Source: Deltaproteobacteria bacterium
Lineage (GTDB): Bacteria > Desulfobacterota > Desulfomonilia > UBA1062
Length of the DNA: 64,000 nucleotides
Assembly: GCA_022703355.1 (NCBI GenBank)
Contig: JAKLDU010000001.1
Span: forward strand, 4,173-68,172
Reading direction: 5' to 3'
Below, in pieces: positions 39,281-47,015 of the stretch. Each line of letters begins with the position of its first letter. The first letter of the stretch is position 1. The notes beneath the pieces were generated by a model that ran no database searches, was not told the origin of the DNA, and saw only the letters and a program-made list of their open reading frames with translations. The position numbers and the translations under genes were made by a program.

Positions 39281-40261
39281 TTATCCCCGCTCTTTTTCCC
39301 GGATGGTGCGGCAGAGGTCCTCCGGCCGCGGGAGGCTGGCCGGAAGCCTGATCTCCTGCACCATGACCTGTGCCGAGAGCTCCTGCAGGTTTTGAAACAG
39401 GCTGAGCCTGCTGATGGTGTCTCCCATGAAGCGGATGCAGAAGACGTGCTCCAGGAGGGCGTGGAACTTTGCCGCCCCCGCAAGCGGCACGAACGAGAGC
39501 TCCGGGTCGTTTGTGCGGCGCAGGATGAAGATCTTCCTCAGCGGGGCCGGCTCGCTCCTGAAGGTGGAACGGGCGAGCACGGCGAGCTTGTTCACGTCGG
39601 GCTTCAAGCGGCCTGCCACGGTGTGCTCGAAGGCCACTTCCCCGAGCGCGTCCTCCCAGAGCCTGATCTCGGGGATGCCCGGCGCCACCGACGGCTGGCC
39701 GCCTTCGAAGCGTATGAGCGCGATGTTGTCGTCGAGATAGGCGCATCCGGCATTGAGGAAGGCCGCGGCCAGGGTGGACTTGCCCGTGCCGGAGGCGGCG
39801 CAGAAGACGAAGCACGCGTCCCCGTCGCACAGGGCGCTGCCGTGCAGGGGCAGCATGCCCCGCTGGTGGAAGATGCCCGCCAGGGACCAGCCGAGCAGGA
39901 TCTGCCTGATGATGCCGGGGTTGCCCCCCGGCAGCTGCTGGACGGTGATGGCATTGCCCCCGGAGACGCGGATCGTGGCGCTCTGGGAGCCCCGGAGCAG
40001 GAGCTCGCCCGGCGAGGACTCGATCTGCACCGAGCTCGGCGGCACGTAGTCCCGGCCGAAGATCACCCCCTGGCCGATGCGGACGTCCGGCTCCCCCGCG
40101 AAGGTGGACTCGGGCCACTGGGGGAAGGAGATCTCCGAGGCAAACGAGAGGCCGTAGGCCCGGTAGGCGTACGGGCCGCCGGAGAAGAGCCCGCCCTCTT
40201 CGGGAGGCGCCTTCACCGCCCCTTCAAGGGCGTTCTCAGGAGTGGTGCAGCTCGATGCCAT
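39281..40261 (-). CDS. HPr kinase/phosphorylase C-terminal-domain-like protein (lasso-peptide Ser kinase homolog, PadeK/PsmK-type)
   Basis: 326 aa. P-loop GSALCDGDACFVFCAASGTGKSTLAAAF. Family N-terminal pattern (PYAYRAYGLSFASEISFP). The annotated ATG overlaps the cupin gene by 26 nt, so the true start may be a downstream non-ATG codon. Confidence 0.8.
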   Translation of the reverse strand: MASSCTTPENALEGAVKAPPEEGGLFSGGPYAYRAYGLSFASEISFPQWPESTFAGEPDVRIGQGVIFGRDYVPPSSVQIESSPGELLLRGSQSATIRVSGGNAITVQQLPGGNPGIIRQILLGWSLAGIFHQRGMLPLHGSALCDGDACFVFCAASGTGKSTLAAAFLNAGCAYLDDNIALIRFEGGQPSVAPGIPEIRLWEDALGEVAFEHTVAGRLKPDVNKLAVLARSTFRSEPAPLRKIFILRRTNDPELSFVPLAGAAKFHALLEHVFCIRFMGDTISRLSLFQNLQELSAQVMVQEIRLPASLPRPEDLCRTIREKERG

Positions 40262-40949
40262 AGAACCTCGCCGGGAAAGCGTCGCGGTTGATCATGCCGT
40301 GGGGCACGCGGGAGCCCATGAACGCGAAGGCCGGCGCGTTCACCGTCTTGCCGAGGATCTCCAGGGAGCCTTCCACCAGGGCGAGAAGAAGCTCGTGGTC
40401 GTGGCGGTGGAGCGGGATCACCCCCCCGGTCGAAAGCACGTGGTAGCGCACGTGCAGGCGGGAGAGGTAGCGCGAGGGCCCGGCGTAGACCTCGACGGCG
40501 CCGGGGTGCTCGCCGCCTTCCGCGCCGCGGAGGTGGTTGAACCGCAGGCCTTGCTTTCCGCCGGGGGGCTCGGCGTCCTTGCGCCACCTGGCGTGCAGGT
40601 AGTGCACCGGTGTGTCGCCGGTGTTCCGGAAGGTGTGCGGCACCCGGGAGTCGGTGAAGGACAGGGAGCCCGCCGTCAGGTCGAACGGCAGTTCGCCTGC
40701 GGACGAATCGCCGCTCGTGACGTACTGGAGGTTGTCCGACAGGGCGAGGTGAACCTCCTCGTGATCGTGGCGGTGAACCTCGTGGGGGGTCACCCGAGCG
40801 CTGAGCACCCCGTCGTGGATGCAGAGCTCGTCCAGGCACCTGGTCGAGCCGAGATACCACACCCGCCTGAACCACCCGGTGGCCGGGTCCTCCTCGAGCT
40901 GCCGGGGCAGCTCCTGAATCAGGAAATCCAATCCTTCCGTTTTTTTCAT
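40236..40949 (-). CDS. Bicupin-fold protein with two HxHDHE metal-binding-like motifs; putative tailoring enzyme
   Basis: 237 aa from ATG at 40949 (MKKTEGLDFLIQELP...), the C-terminal part of ORF 40236..42692. Motifs HRHDHEEVHLAL and PLHRHDHELLLALVEG. ATGA overlap with the cyclase stop. Confidence 0.6.
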   Translation of the reverse strand: MKKTEGLDFLIQELPRQLEEDPATGWFRRVWYLGSTRCLDELCIHDGVLSARVTPHEVHRHDHEEVHLALSDNLQYVTSGDSSAGELPFDLTAGSLSFTDSRVPHTFRNTGDTPVHYLHARWRKDAEPPGGKQGLRFNHLRGAEGGEHPGAVEVYAGPSRYLSRLHVRYHVLSTGGVIPLHRHDHELLLALVEGSLEILGKTVNAPAFAFMGSRVPHGMINRDAFPARFYGIELHHS

Positions 40950-42886
40950 CCCGTCCTCCCGGCCTGCTCGATGAAGCAGCCGCACATGATCCCGCGCAGC
41001 AGGAGCGTCGAGGCCTGCCACGCGGTGTAGGGGGTGATTCGGTCCTGCAGGGCGCGCCAGGCGCCTCGCATGCGGGGCAGGTCCAGGTACGCCGCTGTCT
41101 GCCCGTTCCGTTCGAGGCGCGCCAGGACATTCTCCATCTCCCCCGGGAAGCACAGGAGCCGCAGGGCGACGTCCACCCCCTGCCTGCCGCGGACCGTGTT
41201 CCACTGCACCTCCGGGGGGACGAGCCCCTCCACGGCCCGCCGGATCACCATGCGCTCGCCGCCGCCGAAGGTGTCCTGGCAGCCGGGCAGGCCCAGGCAG
41301 TAGCGCAGCAGGCGGGCGTCCGCGGTGGGGTCCCGCACGTCCATGCCGAAGGCCGCCCCGGTGACGTGCCAGATGGGCCCGGCCATAACGCCGTTGCGCA
41401 TGAGGGTGAGCCGGCGCTGTTCGCGGGGGTGGGGCAGGGCGCTGAAGGTCGGGTCGTGGCGCGCCTCCTCCATGGCCTGCTCCAGGCCCATGCGAGAAGC
41501 GAAGTCGGGGCGGATGGGGGCGTATTCGCTCCAGGGCCGGGGGGCCCCCCTCAGCCTCGACTGGAGGCGCTTGAAGGAGGGGCGCAGCCAGGGCCTGATC
41601 AGCTGGCCCGCCAGCGCTCCCACCCAGGAGGAGCCGGTGCGCTCCTTCCACCGGGCGAGGGCGTCGAGGCCCTCGCCCCACCTGCCCTCGGCGAAGAGCC
41701 AGAAGATGCGGCCCTGCCCGCCGCTCCACGAGACGCCCCCGTTGCCCAGCTGGCCGGTGAGCATGACGCCGAGGCCCTGCTCCCGGGCGGCGTCGTGGAG
41801 CGCCATGATCCAGTATTCGTTGGCGGCCGCGTGCTGGGGGGCGCGGTTGAGAGCCACGGCCCGTTCGATCCCCTGCAGGGGAGACACCCCGGAGGCGTCG
41901 ACGGCGGTGTGGTCGATGTTGCCGTACCTGCGGGCGACGGCGCTCGCCAGGGGCCACTCGTTTGCCAGGGTGCCCGGCGCCAGGCGGCTTGCCTCGTGCA
42001 GGGGCACGGAGGTGAAGGCCTTCAGGGTGCGCCCTTCGCCCTCCAGCGCCTGCGCCGCCAGGGCGGTCACCGAGGAGGAGTCCAGCCCGGCGCTCAGGCT
42101 CGCCCCGACGGGCCTGCGCGACCTCAGGCGCACGGTGACCGCCTCGCGGTAGCGCTCGAGGAAGCCGGCCACGCAGTCGTCGTCCCGCCGGCCTTCTTCG
42201 GTGGGTATGTCCCCCATGTCCCAGTACCGCCTCGCCTCCAGCCCCCGGGGCCCCGCTTTCAGGCAGGAAGCGGGCAGCAGCCGGAAGACGCCCTCCCAGC
42301 AGGTGTCCTCCGGCTTCCCCAGGGGAAAGATGGCCAGGTAGGAAGCGAGGTGGCGCTCGCTCACCCTGCACTCGACCCCATCCAGGGAAAACAGGGCTTC
42401 CGGGTCGGAGGAAAAGGCGAAAAGCGGCGGGCGGAGGCAGTAAAAGAGCCCCGTGTTCCCCAGGTGGTCCCTGGCCAGGAAGAGCGTGCGCGTCAGGGGG
42501 TCCCAGGCGGCGTACGACCAGTCGCCGAAGAGGCGGCCCGGGGCGTCCTCCCCCCAGGCGAGCCAGGCGCGCTTCGCCAGCTCGCCGTCGGGCACGGTCC
42601 CGCGCTCGCCCCCGGTGATATCGAAGGCGTCGCACAGCTCGTCGCGGTTGTCGAGGCGGGCGGCCGCGGTGAAAAGCGCGCCTGTGCCGCATGGCCGCGA
42701 CGGCATGGATTCATGGACCGATTCGGGGGTGATGGCGAGGCGGGCAAAGCCCACGACCCCGGCTTGACCGCTCGCCGTAAAGACGCCGTCGGGCCCCCAG
42801 CGCTCCATGGCCCGGCTCATGAGCTCTCCCGCCCCGGGGTGCAGGGGTTGCCCATCAAGATGCACACAACCGAAGATGGCGCTCAT
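40946..42886 (-). CDS. Lasso peptide cyclase (C), asparagine-synthetase-like (macrolactam synthetase)
   Basis: Start at M38 of ORF 40946..42997 (MSAIFGCVHLDG...). Residue 2 is Ser, not the Cys nucleophile of class-II amidotransferases, as in McjC-type cyclases. AsnB-type PP-loop SAGLDSSSV and C-terminal synthetase domain. Confidence 0.88.
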   Translation of the reverse strand: MSAIFGCVHLDGQPLHPGAGELMSRAMERWGPDGVFTASGQAGVVGFARLAITPESVHESMPSRPCGTGALFTAAARLDNRDELCDAFDITGGERGTVPDGELAKRAWLAWGEDAPGRLFGDWSYAAWDPLTRTLFLARDHLGNTGLFYCLRPPLFAFSSDPEALFSLDGVECRVSERHLASYLAIFPLGKPEDTCWEGVFRLLPASCLKAGPRGLEARRYWDMGDIPTEEGRRDDDCVAGFLERYREAVTVRLRSRRPVGASLSAGLDSSSVTALAAQALEGEGRTLKAFTSVPLHEASRLAPGTLANEWPLASAVARRYGNIDHTAVDASGVSPLQGIERAVALNRAPQHAAANEYWIMALHDAAREQGLGVMLTGQLGNGGVSWSGGQGRIFWLFAEGRWGEGLDALARWKERTGSSWVGALAGQLIRPWLRPSFKRLQSRLRGAPRPWSEYAPIRPDFASRMGLEQAMEEARHDPTFSALPHPREQRRLTLMRNGVMAGPIWHVTGAAFGMDVRDPTADARLLRYCLGLPGCQDTFGGGERMVIRRAVEGLVPPEVQWNTVRGRQGVDVALRLLCFPGEMENVLARLERNGQTAAYLDLPRMRGAWRALQDRITPYTAWQASTLLLRGIMCGCFIEQAGRTG

Positions 42887-43025
42887 GGACCGGCTTGTCT
42901 CCTTGGGCATGGGGCTTGACGACCGCAGATCAAGGTAACTGTAAGGAAAAGTCCTGGAGGTGTCAACACGGAAAGGCCGGCACTTTCCCGTTGACAAAGG
43001 CCGGGGGGGCCATTAGCTTCGGGGC
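42887..43025. promoter_or_regulatory. Divergent intergenic region between lasso cyclase (C) and B2 genes (putative bidirectional promoter)
   Basis: 139 bp between the divergent C and B2 start codons. Contains CTTGACGACC / TTGACA-like hexamers (gttgacaaagg) and GGCCGGGGGGGCC. Confidence 0.3.
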
Positions 43026-43463
43026 ATGCGGCGCCTGGGAAAGTTTTTCAAACTGAGCGGCGGCGAGAAGCGGCGCTTCGTGGAGGCGGCCGTCTGGCTC
43101 ACGGTGTTCAGGGTCGCCGTGTCCTGCGTGCCCTTCCGGGTTATCGCCGGTCTCCTGGGCAGGGAGAGGGGGGAGACGGCCGTTGCTTTCCCGGACCCCG
43201 CGGGCAGGGGGGAAGTCCTGGCCGTGGCCCGGGCGCTTAAGGTCATGGGCCGCTCTCTCCCCTGGGAAAGCACCTGCCTGGTCAAGGCCGCGGCAGGCAA
43301 GCGCATGCTGTCGTGCCGCTCCATCCCCGCCACCCTCTACCTCGGGGTCGCCCGGGACGACGTGAACGCGGTCGCCGCCCACGCCTGGCTCCGCTCCGGG
43401 GACGTCATCCTCACCGGGGCCGAGGAGCGCGATCGCTACACCGTGATCTGCACCTTCGCCTGA
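43026..43463 (+). CDS. Lasso peptide biosynthesis B2 protein (transglutaminase-like Cys protease, leader peptidase)
   Basis: 145 aa. Catalytic-triad context ...WESTCLVKAAAGKRML...LYLGV...AHAWL...D. Same size and shape as split-B B2 proteins. Encoded on the strand opposite to the rest of the cluster. Confidence 0.85.
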   Translation: MRRLGKFFKLSGGEKRRFVEAAVWLTVFRVAVSCVPFRVIAGLLGRERGETAVAFPDPAGRGEVLAVARALKVMGRSLPWESTCLVKAAAGKRMLSCRSIPATLYLGVARDDVNAVAAHAWLRSGDVILTGAEERDRYTVICTFA

Positions 43464-43639
43464 ATTCCGCTTGACTGTCACCTCCCGCTCCGCCATCGGT
43501 TGAGGGCGCTCCAGGTCTCGGACCGGGTGAGTCGGCGCCAGGCGGCCACGAGCAGTGTTCGAGAGGCGGCACTCCCCATCCGGCGCTTCCAGGGAAGCGC
43601 GTTCGCACCAGGCGTCCTCGAGTTGCCGGTGAAGAGGCG

Positions 43640-45448
43640 TCACCCCCCTGTCTGGCGTTTCCAGGATTGGGAGTAGCGGCCCTGCGATGCCACCAGCTCC
43701 TCGTGGGACCCGGACTCCACGATGCGCCCCGCGTCCATCACGTGGATGACGTCCGCCTGGAGGGCCGTGGTGAAGCGGTGGGTGATGACGAGGGCCGTTC
43801 TCCCGGCCGCGAGGGAGCGGAAGCGGGCCATCCAGTCCCCCTCGGCCCAGGAGTCCATGGCGCTGGTGGGCTCGTCCATGATGATGAGCGGGGCCTGCCT
43901 GAGAAAGGCCCGGGCCAGGGCCAGGCGCTGCCATTCGCCCACGCTCAGCTCCGCGCCGCCGAACCACTTGCCCAGGAGGGTTTCGTAGCCCTTGTCGAGG
44001 CGCCCGATGAGGGCGTCCGCCCCGGCCGACCGGGCGGCCTCGCGGACGTCTTCGGCATCGGGGGCGTCCGCCGGGGAGCTGAAGGCGATGTTGTCGAAGA
44101 CCGTCTCGTGGTAGCGCACCGGCTCCTGGAAGAGGATGGTGATGGAGGAGCGCACCCCGGCCAGCGCTGCGTCCCGCAGGTCCACGCCGTCCAGGAGGAT
44201 GGAGCCGGCGTCGGGGTCGTAGCAGCGGCACAGGAGCTTGATGAGGGTGCTCTTGCCCGCCCCGTTCTCCCCCACGATGGCCGTGATCCGCCCCGGCGGG
44301 ATGGTCAGGCTGAAATCCTCGAGCGCCGGGCGGGGGCTGCCGGCATAGGAGAACGTGACGCCGCGGATCTCCACCGCACCGGCCGGGGCGTGCGGGGAAA
44401 GCGGCTCCGGCGGGTCGGCGATGAGCGGCCTGACGTCCAGGTACTCGAAGAGGTTCTCCAGGAACATCATGTTGCGGTAGATCTCCCCCGCCTGGGCCAG
44501 GAGGTCCCGCAGCATCCTCTGCCCCTGGGTGAAGGCCAGGTAGAAGAGGGTGAGGTCGCCCAGCGTCATGAGCCCCTGCGAGGCCCTGCCCGCCATCCAG
44601 GCGAGCACCCCGGCCAGCGCGGCGAGGCCAAAGGCACCGGCGGCGAGCTGCCCCCCCGCCTCCGCCTTGAGCAGGGAGAACCGCTCGGTGCGCAGGCGCT
44701 CCCGGATCCCCTGGAAGGCGGAGCGGAACCTGTCGCCCAGGGCGAAGATGCGCAGCTCGGCCGCGGCGTTGCGGTCCGTGATCAGCCAGTCGTAGTAGCG
44801 GCTTCTCCGCTCGGCCGCCGTGTTGTTGAGGCGCCAGGCGTGGAAGCGCAGGGTGTTGCGCAGGATCACCCACAGGGCGGGCAGGGTGCTCCCCACGAGC
44901 ACCAGGGGCACCCAGAGCCCGAACCGCAGGAGCACGACGCCCATGGCGGCCAGGGTGATCCCGTTCTGGAGAAAGGCGCCGAAGTTCTCCAGCAGGGCCG
45001 CGGGCCTGCTCAGGGCATCGACCCGGGCCCGGTGGAGGCGGTCGTAGTAGTCCGGGGAATCGTAGAAGGCCAGATCCAGGGCGAGCGCCTGCCGGTGGAT
45101 GAGATTGTGGATGTGGTCCTGCACCCGCTCGCTCTGGAGGGCCCGCACGAGGCCGGCGGAGATGCGCAGGACCTCGCCCAAGAGCATGACCAGGGCGAGG
45201 GCGCCGATGAGCAGCAGGAGGGGGCGCAGGCCTTCCCAGGACCGGCCGCCGCTTGCCGCCGCCGCCAGGCCGTCCACCACGGCCTTCGAGAGGTAGACCA
45301 CCGCCGCGGGGAGGAGCCCCTGGGCCAGGAGCAGCACGAGCCAGAGCGCCACCAGGCCCTTTGCCGCGGAGGAGATGAGGGCGAAGGCCCGGGGCAGGTA
45401 GGGGATCTGGTGCAGGCCGGACTTCAGCTTGTCTTCGAGCGCGCTCAT
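43640..45448 (-). CDS. ABC transporter, fused permease/ATPase (lasso peptide exporter, McjD-like)
   Basis: Start at M50 of ORF 43640..45595. 6-TM exporter domain. Walker A GENGAGKST. ABC signature LSVGEWQRLALARAF. Walker B IIMDEPTSAMD. Confidence 0.9.
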   Translation of the reverse strand: MSALEDKLKSGLHQIPYLPRAFALISSAAKGLVALWLVLLLAQGLLPAAVVYLSKAVVDGLAAAASGGRSWEGLRPLLLLIGALALVMLLGEVLRISAGLVRALQSERVQDHIHNLIHRQALALDLAFYDSPDYYDRLHRARVDALSRPAALLENFGAFLQNGITLAAMGVVLLRFGLWVPLVLVGSTLPALWVILRNTLRFHAWRLNNTAAERRSRYYDWLITDRNAAAELRIFALGDRFRSAFQGIRERLRTERFSLLKAEAGGQLAAGAFGLAALAGVLAWMAGRASQGLMTLGDLTLFYLAFTQGQRMLRDLLAQAGEIYRNMMFLENLFEYLDVRPLIADPPEPLSPHAPAGAVEIRGVTFSYAGSPRPALEDFSLTIPPGRITAIVGENGAGKSTLIKLLCRCYDPDAGSILLDGVDLRDAALAGVRSSITILFQEPVRYHETVFDNIAFSSPADAPDAEDVREAARSAGADALIGRLDKGYETLLGKWFGGAELSVGEWQRLALARAFLRQAPLIIMDEPTSAMDSWAEGDWMARFRSLAAGRTALVITHRFTTALQADVIHVMDAGRIVESGSHEELVASQGRYSQSWKRQTGG

Positions 45449-46674
45449 CGGGCCGTCTTCAGGATGCGCCCGGCCTTTTTCCTGACGACCAGGAGGGGCC
45501 GGATGAGGTAGCGGAGGAAGGAGAGACCCTCCGGGAGGGGAAGATTCACCGTTTCCGCGTACTGGGGCCGGAAATGGAGTGCCAGGTAGCGCCATTTCTC
45601 GGGCGTCCCCCTGCAGGCCGCCCAGCCGATCCTCTTCGTGAGCCAGTACCTGCGGCCCCAGGCGTGATCCGTCCCCTCCCAGGGGAGGACGGCCATCCGC
45701 AGGGCCAGCTCGACGAACTTCGCTTCCCGGGGGTCCTTGAGGAGCTCCAGGGCCTCGGCGGGCACCGGAACGTCGAAGAGCAGGTGGGCCAGGAGCACGG
45801 AGCGGAGCAGGCGCGGTTTTTCGCCGTAGCGCTCGGCAACCGCGATCAGGCTTTCGAACCCGCCGGGCCCCGGGCCGCCCACCAGGGCCGCGATGTCGAA
45901 GAGGCGGATGAGCCGCTCCCAGGCGTGCCGCTCCCCGTGGATGGCCAGGTAGACGCCGTGGAGGGGCAGGGGCAGGGTGGGGACCTCCGTGCCGTGCAGC
46001 TTCACCGCGGCCCGCTGCTGCCAGAGGTCCTCGAAGGGGAACCGGGGGCCTTCCCCGTCGTGGCAGAGATGGAAATGGAGCTCCACGTGGGCGCGGTTCC
46101 GGGGGTTGACGAAGTGGGTGTGGATGGTGCCCCCGGGGTCGAGCGCCGCCTTGCCGGGGCCTTCCCCGGGCTGGTAGACGAACCCGTCCTTGAGGAGCAG
46201 GCTTTCCGCCCTTTCGTGGTCGTCCCGGGAAACGAGCAGGTCCAGGTCAGAGCAGTAGCGCATGCCCGGGTCGCCGTAGAGCTGCACCGAAAGGGCCGGC
46301 CCCTTGAACGCCATGACGCGGGTCCCGCTGTGCGCGAAGAGCCTGCTCAGGCGGGCGAGCTCCGCCGTCATCTTCAGGAGGTGCATGCCGCTCTCCGTGC
46401 CCCGCCCCCGGGCCGCTTCCGGGAGGCCCCCGGCGTTTCCCCGGCCCTCAAGGGCGCGCAGCGCAGGGATGAGCAGGCGGTTCTCGTGGAGGAGGTTTAC
46501 GAACCGGCCCCAGTCGGGGCCATGGAGGGCCGCAAGGCGGTCGAGGGCGCCCGGTGGCCCGGCCGGGCTGTTTTTCAGCAGGGCCGCGGCGCAGGAGAAC
46601 ATGAGCCTGAACTCGAGGGCGGCCTCGGGGTCCAACCCGGACCTGGCGAGCTGCCGGTCAACCAGGGGATGCAC
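45445..46674 (-). CDS. Nucleotidyltransferase-family protein (PF14907-like, lasso-cluster-associated NTase, PsmN-type)
   Basis: 409 aa. ...VMAFKGPALSVQLYGDPGMRYCSDLDLLVSRDD...HVELHFHL..., the NTP_transf_5 signature. ATGA overlap with the ABC exporter start. First gene of the minus-strand operon. Confidence 0.75.
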   Translation of the reverse strand: MHPLVDRQLARSGLDPEAALEFRLMFSCAAALLKNSPAGPPGALDRLAALHGPDWGRFVNLLHENRLLIPALRALEGRGNAGGLPEAARGRGTESGMHLLKMTAELARLSRLFAHSGTRVMAFKGPALSVQLYGDPGMRYCSDLDLLVSRDDHERAESLLLKDGFVYQPGEGPGKAALDPGGTIHTHFVNPRNRAHVELHFHLCHDGEGPRFPFEDLWQQRAAVKLHGTEVPTLPLPLHGVYLAIHGERHAWERLIRLFDIAALVGGPGPGGFESLIAVAERYGEKPRLLRSVLLAHLLFDVPVPAEALELLKDPREAKFVELALRMAVLPWEGTDHAWGRRYWLTKRIGWAACRGTPEKWRYLALHFRPQYAETVNLPLPEGLSFLRYLIRPLLVVRKKAGRILKTAR

Positions 46675-46883
46675 TTATCTGACCCCCCTGGAACAGCCGC
46701 GGCCCTGCGCCCGGGATGGTAAAGCATGCCGGATACGTCATAGCGCCCCTTTTCTCTGGAACAGGATCCTGATTCCCACCGGAACCGACGGGGGTGAGTG
46801 TACCAAGCTTTTTCCCCCGAGACCACAGCAAAACCTCAGCGGCGAGCAGGGGCCCACGCCAAAGTGGCAAGGGCACGGGCCCT

Positions 46884-46990
46884 CGCCTGCATGCGGCAGC
46901 AGAAACCGCGGGTGAGCGCAAGCCGCCACCGCCGCCAGGTCTTGCACCCCTCTTGCCTGCATGCCGCAGCAGAAACCCCGGGGGAGCGCA
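46884..46990 (+). repeat. Two ~37-bp imperfect direct repeats (CTGCATGCGGCAGCAGAAACCSCGGGKGAGCGCA) in the feoB-3'end / lasso-operon upstream region
   Basis: Copy 1 at 46884-46920 and copy 2 at 46954-46990 (70-bp period), ~210-320 bp upstream of the nucleotidyltransferase start. Confidence 0.6.
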
Positions 46991-47015
46991 GGGGCACAGT
47001 CCCGCCCGGGGCGCG

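Noticed and set aside
38721-40118. 465-aa ORF spanning the precursor, B1 and kinase genes
   Set aside because: Spurious R/G/P-rich read-through frame. Only its last 45 codons, which have their own strong RBS, form the lasso precursor.
40236-42692. 818-aa ORF antisense or offset across the cyclase gene
   Set aside because: Only the last 237 aa (bicupin) show protein-like composition and motifs. The rest is Arg/Pro/Gly-rich out-of-frame overlap with the AsnB-like cyclase.
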